A stretch of 63,966 nucleotides of DNA, filler included, from Craspedostauros australis (taxonomy: Eukaryota), in the NCBI GenBank assembly GCA_030167865.1. It is 13 parts of 13 records of this genome, joined end to end, with 100 filler letters (N's around TTAATTAATTAA, not from the genome) between each part and the next. Parts side by side here need not be neighbours in the genome. Positions count along the whole stretch, not along the records: positions 1 to 21,922 come from JALAGF010000687.1; positions 22,023 to 37,735 come from JALAGF010000691.1; 11 more parts are not named here. One strand, given 5' to 3'. Under the pieces are notes generated by a model. That model ran no database searches and was not told the DNA's origin. It saw only the letters and a program-made list of their open reading frames with translations. Shown here in pieces: positions 10,934 through 23,006 of the stretch. Positions within the stretch are counted from its first letter, which is position 1, and each line of letters opens with the position of its first letter. Made by a program: the position numbers and the translations under genes.

Positions 10934-11089
10934 GATGTTGCTGTTGAGTATCGAAGCTGCTGTTGATGATGCTGACGGTTGCGATTGTGTTTGTGACTGC
11001 GATGGTTTTCAAGTGTTGTCGATTGTCGATTTATGACAGATAGGATTTTGGATTGATTTGTTCGACGTTACCAGGAGCAACTTTCCAAC

Positions 11090-11115
11090 AGTTGTTGTTG
11101 TTGTTGTTGTTGTTG
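11090..11115. repeat. (GTT)n microsatellite
   Basis: Direct reading. Confidence 0.85.
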
Positions 11116-12279
11116 TGATAATGATGGTGTTAACAGTGGTTGTCGATGAGTGTTGATTCCATGTATTGCGCTCTGCAGCACTTGGATCGCAGCAAGTGCG
11201 ACGCGTCCGATGCGTTCGGAAACTTGGAACTGTTGTTGCGATCGCAACGTTGTCCCCGACACGATACGTTGACGATGTTGACAATGTCGGAAGGGCAGGC
11301 CTGGTCGGTTGGGATGCTTGCGTTGGTGCCGTCGTCTCTCTATGTGATGTGTGTGTGGGACGATGGTTCAAATCGATGCGACGATCAGTGCGCATCCAAT
11401 TCTGAGCAGTGACGATGTTGCGGCACGCTGTGGCGATGTTGTGACGACGAAGGCTGTGACGCTTCCTTGCCGACCGATGGGATGCCCTTGGTGTGTCAAA
11501 AGATGAACACAACGACGGCCCCAATTAGAGAAGTGACGGCTGATGGACAATCGGCACGACAGCCATTTCGGAACTGCGATGTCTCTTTGGATCAAACTCA
11601 CCTTTCCGTTCCGATGTCCATGTCCATGTCGATGTCGATGATCAAGCGAGAGGAGAAGAATGTGACGAAGTGTCGGAGGGAGGCGCATTCGGAGTGCTTT
11701 GTTCGCTGAGACCGTTTTGTGATCCCATTTTCATTCGTGGAGGGTTCGGCACGCTCGCGATCAGACTGAATGTGACAATGTGTGTCGCAGAAAGACATTC
11801 ATGTGACGTTGGAGGAGCGCGACGAACACAGTTTCACGATTTGAAGTGTCAATAGTCGAAGTAATCGAAGATACCCCAAACCCGTGCTTGTGCACGACTG
11901 GATGTGCACGTATGGGAAGACAAGAGAGAAAAACGAAGCGCAAACCGAGAAATCGTCAGAAACGCAACCTCCATCTTGTTGATGCCTCGCGTGCGCAACT
12001 ACACAACTTCGTGAGGACCAAGGTACTACTATGGCAGCGAGAGCAGCAGGAGCAGGAGCAGGTGCAGGTTGCCTGGAGGTTTCGACAGCCTCCTTCTCAC
12101 AAACCCAACAGCGACACACCTGCAAAACAACAACCGCAACGACAGTGGAAGCAACACATCAGAATCAAGAGCGTTTCCGCTTCACTCAATTCGCTTCACT
12201 TCACTTCACCGCAACATCAACATCAACATCAACCTTTCATACTCGCACGCGTCGACGCACACACGCACAACACAACACA

Positions 12280-13743
12280 ATGCCTCTTCCATCCGCACAC
12301 TCCATCACAGCAGCTGCCGTCCCAAGCATCGGCAATGGGTCTACCAAGGCCGTTCGCAACAGCATGCACGGTGCGATGATGGCAGCGACGCAAGCGATGA
12401 AGGAGGGGAAGCTCAACATGACAGGCGATACTTTGCGCGTGGCGCCGCAAGATCCAGGAGACGAGCTGTGGAAATGGGTGCAGCCACTGCTGTCTTCTGG
12501 TGGGCATATCCTGGGAGCGCCTAAGGGCGAGGACAGCGCAGAGGCGGAGGTGCTCAAGATGGGAATCCGCATCGTCAACCAAATCTTCCAAGGGAAAGCC
12601 TTCGAAGCCAAACGGCCAGAGCATGCCATCCCGGTGCTTTGCGTTCTGGCAACCACGTTGCAGGAGGATCAGTCCGCGCTCTCGAAACGGATGAGCAACG
12701 AGCTACGTCGCGTTTTGCGCTTCGCCAGCGAGCCACCGTTGGACATCAACTTGGGCATCGACTACGATGAGATGTACAAGAACAACGTCAAGTACCCATG
12801 GCTGAAGGAAGCTCTTGACAAGGTCGACATGAACGAGCTGCTTGAAAATCGAGACAGCGCGCCCAGCTGGAAGACGATCAAGCGATCCTTCCCGCAGGGC
12901 GACTGCAGCAACAAAAGGGCGCGCTTCATCCGCCGTGCGATGATGTCGCTGTGGCCCAAGAAGCGCAACAAGATGCACGTCAAGTCTTTGCAGCACGAGT
13001 GCTTCAATCCCATCCCAAGCGGACATCCTCTGGGAGACTACGTGCTGCGTTGCTGGTCGCATCGCACCAGCTCCATCTCCTCGCGCTTGCCACGCACGCC
13101 ACCGGCCCTGGTGTTGGAGTGCCTCGACGCGCTGGGATTGCGCAAGGGAACCATCAGCGACGATGTGCTGCGCGCAGGGGTCATGCGCAAGTTCAACGTG
13201 TTCCAGGAGTGGGTGCGCCTGCAGCACGGACACTACGACTCCAACCCGTCGAAATGGAGCGACACGCTGAGCAAGTTCGCGACCAACATCAATCCATCCG
13301 TGCGACGGTACAACGATATGGTCGGACGGATCGAGTTGATGGAGGCCACGTCGTTCGTGCCTGGTGATCTTGCGCCAGAGATGTACGGAAGCAACACGGC
13401 CACTGGGTACTTCTTCTTGGGACAAGGAATGTACTACAGCTACTCCAGCGCGTGGCGGCGCGACGCGTACGCCGCGTACGTTCAGGGGAGGTTGCCACCT
13501 GCCGTCAACGCGTTGGACGGCATGGATAAGGAGCGGATCGTAAACACCATCAGCGTGAGGGACGCGCACATTGGTGGAAGGGAGTTGTTGAATGCACTTG
13601 ACAAGTTGGGGATCAAGGAGCTCCAGTTCACAAAGTTCCTGCGCCAGTATTACTGGTCTGGAGCATTCCTTACCATCAACCTCACCAAGGCCAACAGCAA
13701 GCAGGCAGACGGCCAGGAGGGCGAGGACTGGGAGATGGTGTGA
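12280..13743 (+). CDS. Uncharacterised intronless protein (~487 aa) ending in EGEDWEMV
   Basis: Long ORF with strong C/G third-position bias and globular composition. ATG 12280 follows a CAACACA leader. No family recognised. Confidence 0.8.
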   Translation: MPLPSAHSITAAAVPSIGNGSTKAVRNSMHGAMMAATQAMKEGKLNMTGDTLRVAPQDPGDELWKWVQPLLSSGGHILGAPKGEDSAEAEVLKMGIRIVNQIFQGKAFEAKRPEHAIPVLCVLATTLQEDQSALSKRMSNELRRVLRFASEPPLDINLGIDYDEMYKNNVKYPWLKEALDKVDMNELLENRDSAPSWKTIKRSFPQGDCSNKRARFIRRAMMSLWPKKRNKMHVKSLQHECFNPIPSGHPLGDYVLRCWSHRTSSISSRLPRTPPALVLECLDALGLRKGTISDDVLRAGVMRKFNVFQEWVRLQHGHYDSNPSKWSDTLSKFATNINPSVRRYNDMVGRIELMEATSFVPGDLAPEMYGSNTATGYFFLGQGMYYSYSSAWRRDAYAAYVQGRLPPAVNALDGMDKERIVNTISVRDAHIGGRELLNALDKLGIKELQFTKFLRQYYWSGAFLTINLTKANSKQADGQEGEDWEMV

Positions 13744-14164
13744 GCAAATATTGTAGACTAGATTAGAGCAGAGAAGAGTACGCTAAGAAAGTACCACAGG
13801 CTATGCTCACAGCCGGCACGCTGGAGGAATCGCATATCCAGAGAATATGAACAACAAAGGGAACCAACAAACCACTACATGCGCTGCTGCATTGAGCATC
13901 TTCATAGGCCAACACACTTGCACAATGATTCCACGTTCGCACATGTCATATAATAGAATGTAGGTATAATTCATAAAACATTGAGAATATCGACCCACAC
14001 TGCATGATCGAATTGAGTGCAGTACTCTACTACGCCGTACTCCATTTTGCTCGCTGGTTTCATTGTGGCTCATGCTGAGAGGGGCAATGTCCTTGGGTAG
14101 CGACAATACTTCTGCACGAGTAGACTACGCAGTCTTGCTCGTACCTGCGCGATCCACCGCTCCC

Positions 14165-15887
14165 TCAAAGCTCTTCGGCCTCTTCGTCTTCTCCAGTGTG
14201 CACCATATGCACTCGCGGCGCTTTGATCGTCCAGAATTGGTCATGCGGCTTGGACTGCACGGTGAACTCGGCGAACGCCTTGTTCTTGTAGGAGTGCGTG
14301 TGCGCCTTGAAGCGATGGAACTCGAACGTGTTCAGACCGAAGGTGGCGCCAGCATCCAGCATCCCATTGTCCCTGCCTTCCCAGCTGATGTGCACCGGCT
14401 CATCCAAAGTGTTCTTGACACGCAGCGTCCGCGCTTCACCCGTTTTAATGTCACCATAGCGCTGACGATTCCAAATCCAAATATTCGCTCCCCATTTGAT
14501 GCCCTTGATGACAGGGCAGGCGCCATGCAAGGACATTGGATCGATGCGCCCATCCGGCGTGATGCTGTAGAACAACGCGGCTGTTCCGGTGCTGGGTGGC
14601 ACCGCCAACTTCTTGTGGCACTCCTTCGTCATGTGAAGTTCGCGGCTTCCTTGTCGGAACATGTCGAGTTCGTATTCGGCAGGGATGGTTGGATTGCGAC
14701 TGTAGACGTTTGGAAACACTGTGCAGCCACCTTCTTCCACCTCATTCAAGTACATGAAGACTGTTGGGAGGCGTGCGACAGGGGTGATGACAACGGTGAC
14801 CACGACAACGATGGTACGAGTATGGATTGTGAGTTAAAAGGGTCCCGCAAAACATGAAAAAAAGATAAATGTGGAGAATGAAGTGACGTCGTGGTATGAG
14901 TATGGAGTAGCCACATTCATGCGCGTAACACATACGCGTAACACACCCGCGATTGCACCATATTGTACCATACGACAAGCAATCCCATGTCGACGATGCC
15001 CAAAATTACAATGATAGCGCCCCACAGACAATGCACGTACCAGTTGCAAATCGATTGCTGCCTCCAGAGTACGGGTTGAAATCGAAGTCATCATCCTGGA
15101 TCTTGTCGAAGTAATCCGGATGGGAGTTGTAGAATTGACCGGGCGAGTAGCGCACAATCTGGAGACCGTCGATCTGACCGGCATTCTCTACGATGCCCGT
15201 CAGGTTGAAGGAACGCGAGATCATCTTCTTGGCCATCTCGCTCTTGGAATCCCAGGCATTCTCGCTGGTGCGGCCGTTTTCCAAATGCGCTCCATTGTTG
15301 GCCCTGTCCTTGGAGTTTCCGACGGTGCTTCGTTTGATGGCTTTGTCACCCGTAAACGACAACGCGGTGTCGATCAAGGTCTGGGCCTCGTCGGGCGTGA
15401 ACATATTGTGCACCTTGAACACTCTGGGGCTATCGCTGAGACTCTCAATGACGATGGGCTTGTTCTCGTCGAGCGGCGTCAGCGCCTTGTGGCTGACTGT
15501 CTGGTTGTGGCCGTACTCGATGAACGGCCACACGAACTCCAATCCCTCCGCCACCAGGTACACGCGTCGGTTGATCCCATCTTGCGGCAGGAGCTGATCG
15601 TAGGACTCGATGCGCTCACCATCCTCACGGAAGGCCTTGGTCGCGACCACGCTGCCTTCCGGGTAGGAGTACTTGGAGACGACGATGTGCTTGCTCATCT
15701 CCACGGCGAAGAGCTCGCCAGCCGAGGCCCCGTCCTCATCGTCTGATGGGATGACGGGGAATTCGGATCGCTCCAAAGTGATTTCCACCGAACCAGCGGA
15801 AGCGCCATTGTCGAACAGCTGAAACGTGGCTGCCGTGGAGCATCGCACGACCGATGCCAGCACCAGGATCAACGAACGCGCAAACAT
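14165..15887 (-). CDS. P4H: ER prolyl 4-hydroxylase (2OG-Fe(II) dioxygenase); exons 15887-15040 and 14760-14165
   Basis: Signal peptide MFARSLILVLASVVRCSTAA. P4H motifs SPRVFKVHNMFTPDEA, RTSENAW, LQIVRY..GQFYNSHPDYF (HxD), NRFAT|VFMYLNEVEEGGCTVFP, SLHGACPVIKGIKWGANIWI. GT-AG intron 15039-14761 in frame. C-terminal AEEL retention-like signal. Confidence 0.92.
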
Positions 15888-16565
15888 CTTCCCTCTTTTG
15901 CCTGCGCTTGTTTGCTTGTGGATGGATGGATGGATGGACAACTCTTCGCGCACTGGTACGCCAGAATGGAGAGGGTGGTTTGCTTGTGTGGTGGGGTGCG
16001 TTGATGGCTCCGCCTGTTTTTGGGTCGAACAGAGTCGCAAGGAAGAACCAAGCGAGAGAGCCGTCCCGTGCGGATTGGCAATGACCGCTGTTTGCAGAGG
16101 AGCCGTTGTTGTTGTTAGTGTTGGTAACTGCGACGACTGTGCGTGGTTGAGTCCAACGGATGAGAATGGTTTTTCCGTTCGCATTTGGCTTCGGGTTCTG
16201 ATGTGCAGGTAGTCCAACGAGTCAAACCACGAACCTGTCTTGGACGAAACGGTCGGAAACAATCGAGTAGAATGAACCAAGAAATCTAGAGAGAGAGGGA
16301 ACGCGACAGGGAGGCACTGCTGAAGGAGGACTGCCATTGAAGCAGATCGCAGTCGTAGAGTACTCGCACCATAGCACTTGTTACGAGATGCAAACAACTT
16401 ATGACATGTACATTTGTTGTGCTTCTAAACCTGGATTATTCGTCGTATCCATTGTTGGAATCACGCGGTACGTAGAATTGCATCTCTTGCTCATCTGGTG
16501 CTTCAAACTTTTCCAATCATGATCGTGCTCGTGTTTGTGCTGGTATTTGTTGAAGCAGATTCGAT

Positions 16566-18096
16566 CTACTTGCCCTCGGAAGCTGCCTTGTTAATGTGAA
16601 CCTGGCGACCCAACATGTCCAGGCTCAGGCCAGAACGACCGGAGACACGAGAGAGGTTGGATTCATCGCCGCGGAGGAAAACGGTTTCATCACCCTCCAC
16701 CGATCCACCTTCTCCTTCGTTGCCGGTCTCGTAATCGACCTTCAACAGCGTTGTGTGCAGGCGTGGTGGAAATCCTTCTTGCTTGATGGCTTCGCATGTG
16801 ACGAGGCCAGTTCGGTACGGTGGGCCTCGTGCTTCGATGTCGAAGAGCATCTGTCGTTGTGCATGGTGGGTGGTGAATGGTGAATGATAGACGGAGTGGT
16901 ATGTGTATGTCGAGTACATTGGTTGGGGTTGGTGCGCACATGGCAGGTGTGAGTGCGTGTCAACAGAGAAAGGTACAGTGGACCATACAGCAGATAGACG
17001 TATGAAGCGTAGCATGGGCACATACAATACGTGCTGCACCATGAATACGAGTGTGGACATGATCATGAGCACGAGTGCATCACACACACAATGCTCCTCT
17101 TCTACCTTTTCACCAGCAATTTCCAAACGACGTACCTGAATGCGAGGTGGTTTCCACTTCGGCGTGACACCCTCCATCTCGATCTTGCCAGAATCCAATC
17201 TGTAGCTGCGGAGACTTCCGGCAACAAGACCATCACCCAAGGCCTCTTTCACCTTCGAATCTCTTTGCACCCAACTGAGGCAGTACTTGAACACTGGATC
17301 CGCGCGGATGTACAAATTGTCAGCTGCGACGCAAACAAGGCCTCCGAGAACTGACATTACAGTCGTTGAGCGACCAGTGTACCATACAAAGGAGAGAGCG
17401 AGACAGAGCGAGAAGTACAGATAGATGACAAGGGTGAGCAGAGACTTCGTGAAGGAAGGAGCTATTATATGATACAGCCATGAGCAATGCAGAAATAAGA
17501 TGCCAAGACTTCAATTCGCAGAGCTGCGATTGCTCGTCGGCTGTTGCTTCTACTCTGGTATTCATCTTCATCACCATCACCATCACCATCATCATCCTGC
17601 CGACCATCGTCAACAATGGCAATGGCAATGGAAATAACAACACCACCTTCCTGCCAATGCATCAACAACGACGAGACTCACGTGTGGCCGTTCCAAATCC
17701 AGTGTAAAACCCGTACTTGACGACCACCGCAGGATTCAGATGGGTGAAGAAGCTGGTGAAGCCCAGAAAGATCCGAGAAACGATGTACGTGACGACGCCA
17801 CCTCCAGCAACCAGGGCGTAGAACTGGTTCTGCGGTGTGACGATCTGTGACAGGATCCCGCGCACGCCTGTCATTCCCTTGTCGTCCTTGGGCTTGTCGT
17901 CGGGCTGCGGTGGCGGCGTCGCCGAGAAGTGACGCAGATGGCCAAAGAGAGGCTGTTGAGACTGATGGAAGCTGCTCCCACCACACGTTCGCAACAACAG
18001 CGGCTCCAGCTGACTGACAGTCCGCAGATTTGCGCGGTGGACAAGACGCACGGCCGACATGGCCATGGGACGGCTGCGTGATACAAAGGACGCCAT
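16566..18096 (-). CDS. Mitochondrial Tim21-like/inner-membrane import-associated protein; exons 18096-17682, 17350-17136, 16850-16566
   Basis: Arg/Ser-rich mitochondrial presequence (...LRHFSA) and TM segments. KYGF..LYIRADPVFK..VKEALG..LRSY..RIQ|MLFDI..GLVTCEA..LLKVD resembles plant Tim21-like proteins. Both introns are GT-AG and frame-preserving. Confidence 0.7.
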
Positions 18097-18882
18097 CGCG
18101 GTGGTAATCGTAGCAACGGCAATGGCAGATCCGAGCGACGGCGTTGGTTGCAACAAGGGTACGAGGAACCTCTCTTGGTTGTGAGTTGTGTTTGGTGTCG
18201 TGATCGTTGTCGTGCATTTGTGCTCGTGTTTGTTGCTTGGATCGTCCAACACAACATCCCGAAAAAAGATCGCGAACACTTTTGGCAACTTCTTTTGGTT
18301 TATTCGGATTGGTCGGCCCAAATTCAAATCAATGCCTGTCAACAACAAAAACGCAATTCTGCCCACCAAAGAAACGCGACAAAGAGCGCAACAACAGCCA
18401 CACACATGACATCCATCCAAAGGGCACACGATCACACAGTTGCACCCTCGGCCGCCAAACCCATCAGTGCTTTGGAGTCTCCTCTCGATAGTGTTCGTGC
18501 CTCTCATCGGAGTGCAGCACATGACATCGCACAGCGGTAACAGCTCGCCTTCTCTCTATACGACCACAAAGAGGAACGATCCGAGTTCAGCCGGTTCAAA
18601 CTACATGCTTGGACGGGTATCATTGCATCATCGTCTTGGCGACCGTCGCGTCTTCCTCCCACAAGGCCAAATCACAGCAACAACAAGCAAGGGAGCGGCC
18701 AAACAACGGTGGATCGCATAAGCTCTTCCTCGATACAACACTGGCAGGCAGCGTAGCTTCAACCGCTCGTTTGTCAGCCGAAAGGATCTCCCCTTGAGAC
18801 CATATCTCTACATCAACGGTCACGGTGACAGTTGGCACTGCTCTAATTCAATTCGTTCACAAAGGACCGTACCAGGACGAAG

Positions 18883-21144
18883 ATGTCTGCTGGACGCGCG
18901 CCACGATGCGACATGTGCGGGTTCAAGGACGGCCATTCCGGGTTCAAACTCCTCACATGCAAGATCTGCAAGGTTTCGGTGCATGATCGTTGTTATGGGA
19001 TGGCAGACATGACCCATACATCCGACTTCACCTGCTGGGCGTGCCAGTCCGTGGGTGAGGTCTCCGAGGCGTATGACAGGGGCAAGATTCGCAAGTTGGT
19101 ACAGGAAGAGCGACCCACCAAGTGTGATCTGTGCAATCACACCGAGGGCATCCACGCGATGCATCCGTTGTTCGATAATCCTGGCAAATCGGGACGCCAG
19201 ATCTTGATGAAGGATCCAAAACCACGGCTGAGCTGGGCCCACAGCCTGTGTTGCTTCTACTTGAGCCAGAAGGGCGGTTCGGTGTATGGGTGCAATAAAG
19301 GTGGGGACTACTTCGGCATGGACGAGGATGATGACGAAACGAAAAATAATCGACCAGACAACACGACACTGCTGGATGGCTACGACTCCGAGGAAGAATC
19401 GGGTGCCATTCATCACTTCGTATATATGTTGCGACAACCTGGCAAGCCCGAAAATGCATGGACCAAAGCCATCGCTGAGTCCCAGCGTCAGCTTAAATGC
19501 TCCATTTGCGGTGCCAATGATAACGCCAAAGGAATACTGCGTATTCCCGTACAATGTTGCGCCAACGACGAAGGAGAATATGAAGAGTTTCGTCGACTTC
19601 ACTGCGACATGAAAGATGATGAGGCATGCACAGTCGCAATGCACGTCGGCTGCGCTCGGTGGCATAAGCCGAGGGGCGGGAACCCGCCCAAGCGCGTCTA
19701 CTATCACCCAGGTGTCCAAGGTGACGACGAAGATGGTTCAGAACCAACAATGGAGGTCTACTGCGTCGCGCATGCCACCGAGATCCAACACCGCCACGGC
19801 ATGAAACGAAAAGCTACTGACAGCAACAATGCTGGGAGCAGGGAACAGCAAAAACGCGGCGAGGAACATGCCAGGCAAGAAAGACGGGGAAGCAACGGAA
19901 GGAGGAATCAAAACCATGCACAGAGAGACACAGCAAGTCATTCTACTCGTACCACTGTTGCTCGCAGACTATCTTATGGGCCGTCGTCGGCAGCTACGAA
20001 GAAGATCGTCAGACGTGTCGATACAACCACACCGCTTGCGTCATTGCAACGAAAGACGCGCGAATCAGATCGCCGCTCGAAGAAAAGAGCGCGCAGCAAG
20101 AACAGGGCCACCACTACCAAGATCAGCAAGAAGTCATCCTCGGCGAAGAAGCCACTGCCAACACGGACAGCAACGAAGAATGGTCCCTTGGCAATGACTT
20201 CAACTGATGCAGACATGCTTCAAAGAGCAGCAAGGCCAAGACCGGGCAAGAAGAAATTTGAATTCGCTCGTGGAGATGCAGTGGCATTGTCCAACCTAAG
20301 TCGACCGTCGCTTAAAACGAAGAAAACAGATCTGGCATCAGAGTCTCAGAAAACTCGGCCACTGGAGGCGGCTCTGGCAAAGATGAAGACAGAGATGCTC
20401 CCAATGGTGCTCAAGTTGGATGCAGAAAAGCGGCGTGAATATGTCAAAAACCAGAAACAGCACTGGAAGCGAGAATTTCTCCTGCCAAAGGAGAAGTTTC
20501 GCGATGTGTGGAACGACCTCAAGGTATACCTAGAGGACAAGATCCTCAACCAGCCACCTCCTGGAACAGAGGCCCATGAGACTCTTCCGACTAGCGACGG
20601 CGTCGTGATCGTGGAGGGAGGCAAGGAGCAAGCAAGCGAATTATCCAACGCAATGCATGCCGAACCACCCCCCGTCGATAGTCGTATGCCGACGATTGAG
20701 GAGCAGACGCCAAAGGAGCATCATCAAGAAATCCCACGCAACACCACTCCCTCTCCAGTATCACAACAGCCACCAGTACATGTTGAGGATCGACCCTTGC
20801 TGGCAGTATCAGAAGAAAATGGCGATGACACAGCTTCCGCTTCAAGCGACGAGCCGATCTCCTCTCTGCTACATCACAATACTGACGACGACGCTGGCGA
20901 CGGCGATGACGATGTACCCAAAGAGAAAGGAGGGGGCGATGACGACAATGAACTCACAATCGACGCTCGCGGTACAGATGCCAACGTCGTGATTGAATAC
21001 CCCGAATACCGGCACGAGGAGCCAGTGAATCGGTGGGCAAAATACTTCATTGGCCAGAACTACACGGGAGAGGCACTTGCCATCGGAGGCTGGGATGACA
21101 TTGTTGAAATTGTGACACCAGTTGACGCCACAGCATGTCTGTAG
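18883..21144 (+). CDS. PHD/extended-PHD (PZP-like) zinc-finger chromatin protein
   Basis: CxxC..CxxC.VSVHDRCYG..CWAC (PHD1), CDLC..WAHSLC (zinc knuckle), CSIC..PVQC..MHVGCARW..YCVAH (PHD2), as in AF10/JADE/BRPF PZP modules. Followed by a basic, NLS-rich region. Confidence 0.85.
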   Translation: MSAGRAPRCDMCGFKDGHSGFKLLTCKICKVSVHDRCYGMADMTHTSDFTCWACQSVGEVSEAYDRGKIRKLVQEERPTKCDLCNHTEGIHAMHPLFDNPGKSGRQILMKDPKPRLSWAHSLCCFYLSQKGGSVYGCNKGGDYFGMDEDDDETKNNRPDNTTLLDGYDSEEESGAIHHFVYMLRQPGKPENAWTKAIAESQRQLKCSICGANDNAKGILRIPVQCCANDEGEYEEFRRLHCDMKDDEACTVAMHVGCARWHKPRGGNPPKRVYYHPGVQGDDEDGSEPTMEVYCVAHATEIQHRHGMKRKATDSNNAGSREQQKRGEEHARQERRGSNGRRNQNHAQRDTASHSTRTTVARRLSYGPSSAATKKIVRRVDTTTPLASLQRKTRESDRRSKKRARSKNRATTTKISKKSSSAKKPLPTRTATKNGPLAMTSTDADMLQRAARPRPGKKKFEFARGDAVALSNLSRPSLKTKKTDLASESQKTRPLEAALAKMKTEMLPMVLKLDAEKRREYVKNQKQHWKREFLLPKEKFRDVWNDLKVYLEDKILNQPPPGTEAHETLPTSDGVVIVEGGKEQASELSNAMHAEPPPVDSRMPTIEEQTPKEHHQEIPRNTTPSPVSQQPPVHVEDRPLLAVSEENGDDTASASSDEPISSLLHHNTDDDAGDGDDDVPKEKGGGDDDNELTIDARGTDANVVIEYPEYRHEEPVNRWAKYFIGQNYTGEALAIGGWDDIVEIVTPVDATACL

Positions 21145-21840
21145 GGTTGTGGCGCACAATTCGCTTTGAATCAAGAATTTGACATGGTAGTTACAGAGCA
21201 AGGAGGGGGCGGATGGTGTGCCTTGACATCGGGAAAGGTGAATCAGCAAGCGACAATGCTCGTGGCCTTCATCATCTAAACCTCAGGTACGTATGGTACG
21301 AAGCTGCATTTCAGTTTCCCTGGTGCAGGCAACATCACAAACTCATCGGTAAGGATCCTCGTTCTGGGATCGTCCAAAGCACGCTGCATCCATTACAGCT
21401 TTCATCCTACCCGCGGCGAGAATGTATCGTGGACAGCTGACAAAAGGGATTTGCGGAGCCTTCGAAGAGCAACAGGAGAAGGTATCTTTTTCTGACAATG
21501 GAAACACACGAAAATCGAACGCCTCCAAAACCAAATGGAACATCGAGGAAGGATGCGAACGCCTCTGCGATGTTGATCTTTGCGGTTCCTGTTCTCAGAT
21601 GTTCGTTCGTTCGTTCCGTTTGTTGCTGTTCCACCATTTCGCCTCCAGAAATGGAAACAATCGACCCACACACGAAGCTGACCCTCTCTCTTCTTCTCTG
21701 CAAGATGCAGGGGCGATGCTCACCGACATCACCTCCGACAACAAAAGGCAATCCACCAATACTCATCACAACAGTATCATAAAATCCGTACGATTTCACA
21801 AACCATAAAGCAAACATAAACACAAGCACACCGCCAACCT

Positions 21841-21922
21841 TACGACCTCCAGGTCGCAGTTGATGCACTCACGATAACACTAGTTGTGGAGTGTTTTTTG
21901 AGTTTTACTCGTGATGAGTCGT
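21841..21922 (+). repeat. Dispersed repeat copy 1 (truncated by contig end), begins with imperfect 18-bp palindrome
   Basis: Aligns end to end with 61871-61951 (tacga..gttgatgcac..acgataac.ctagttgtggagtgtt..gagtttt..gtgatgagtcgt). Confidence 0.85.
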
Positions 21923-22022
21923 NNNNNNNNNNNNNNNNNNNNNNNNNNNNNNNNNNNNNNNNNNNNTTAATTAATTAANNNNNNNNNNNNNNNNNNNNNN
22001 NNNNNNNNNNNNNNNNNNNNNN
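21923..22022. other. Artificial contig spacer N44-TTAATTAATTAA-N44 (first of 12)
   Basis: Identical 100-bp spacers also at 37736, 40091, 42340, 44315, 47766, 50584, 54473, 55694, 56983, 60035 and 62809. TTAATTAATTAA gives stops in all six frames. Confidence 0.97.
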
Positions 22023-22769
22023 ATGGAGTGGTGGCCCCAGAGAAACGAGTAGATCTCGACAACTACCCATCCAATCGCCGCCAAACTTGGAGAGGGTGAT
22101 TAAAAGCCACATATGCGAATGCTCACAAAAGGAGAGCTCAAACAAATGGAGCGGCATGAACTTGCCGAGGAGGTTTGTGGCAGAAAAGGTGTTTTTTGGT
22201 CCGCTTCGAGTGGGACTGACGTACAAAATGTACCAGCGTCTACGGCGAAATTGACTCATACGACTAGTTACCAATTGTTACCAATGGTTACCAAAAAAAT
22301 TGGCCTCCACCCAAGCCAAAAGACACTAGTGGCATATCCTCTCAATATGTCAAGAGTATGACGAAACGACAGACAGACGAAGGGTGTGTCATGAGTGTGA
22401 TGACTGACGGACTGATATGGTGAACCATGGATGAAAAAGGGAGACTGGCATGCTGAAATGTTCTAAACATGACAGTTGACTGGTTGAGATAACATCTGTG
22501 CGGAAGCGCTATCGATGGTAATGTCACTCAGAACTCAGAACATGACCCCATGAGTGTGAACGAACCGCGAAGGAGAACACAGTGCGGCCTGGAACAACAT
22601 CAAAGGATTGAGTTGATCGTGCCAGAACATCATGTTCTGATCCAAGTGTGACCATCCGTGAACATGTGAGAAGAGTGAGTGAACAACGTGAAAGAGTGCA
22701 CTGAATGGGTGATTGATGCCCGATCGGAAGAGAGTGACACTTGACATTGGAATGCATGTACTGCAGGAG

Positions 22770-23006
22770 TGTAGAAAGGAAACTCTACTGATGGGTACGA
22801 TGGAATGCACCTGAGAGACACAATGAGATGTGCATGATGATGTTGGCAGGCAATGATGAATGCAGGAGCAACTACAGGGAGCCACTGCTATTATCATGAG
22901 CAACCACTTTGAGGAAGCAAGAAATGAAGTTGTTGTTCTCACAGTTCTAAAACGGTACAGTTTAATAAGCCTTAAACTACAGTACTAATACCCTGGATTT
23001 CCAACA
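22770..23006 (+). mobile_element. Degenerate LTR-like element copy 1 (TGT...TTTCCAACA)
   Basis: Preceded by a PPT-like ACTGCAGGAG and ends CCCTGGATTTCCAACA. Shares blocks with 63007-63256 (ctactga, tgagatgt.catga, tgaag.tgtt..ctcacagttct, ggatttccaaca). Confidence 0.6.

Noticed and set aside
21080..21110. WDDI (PHD protein) and FEEI (10262 ORF) as ATG8-interacting motifs
   Set aside because: The four-residue consensus is common by chance, and the context is weaker than the terminal EDWEMV.
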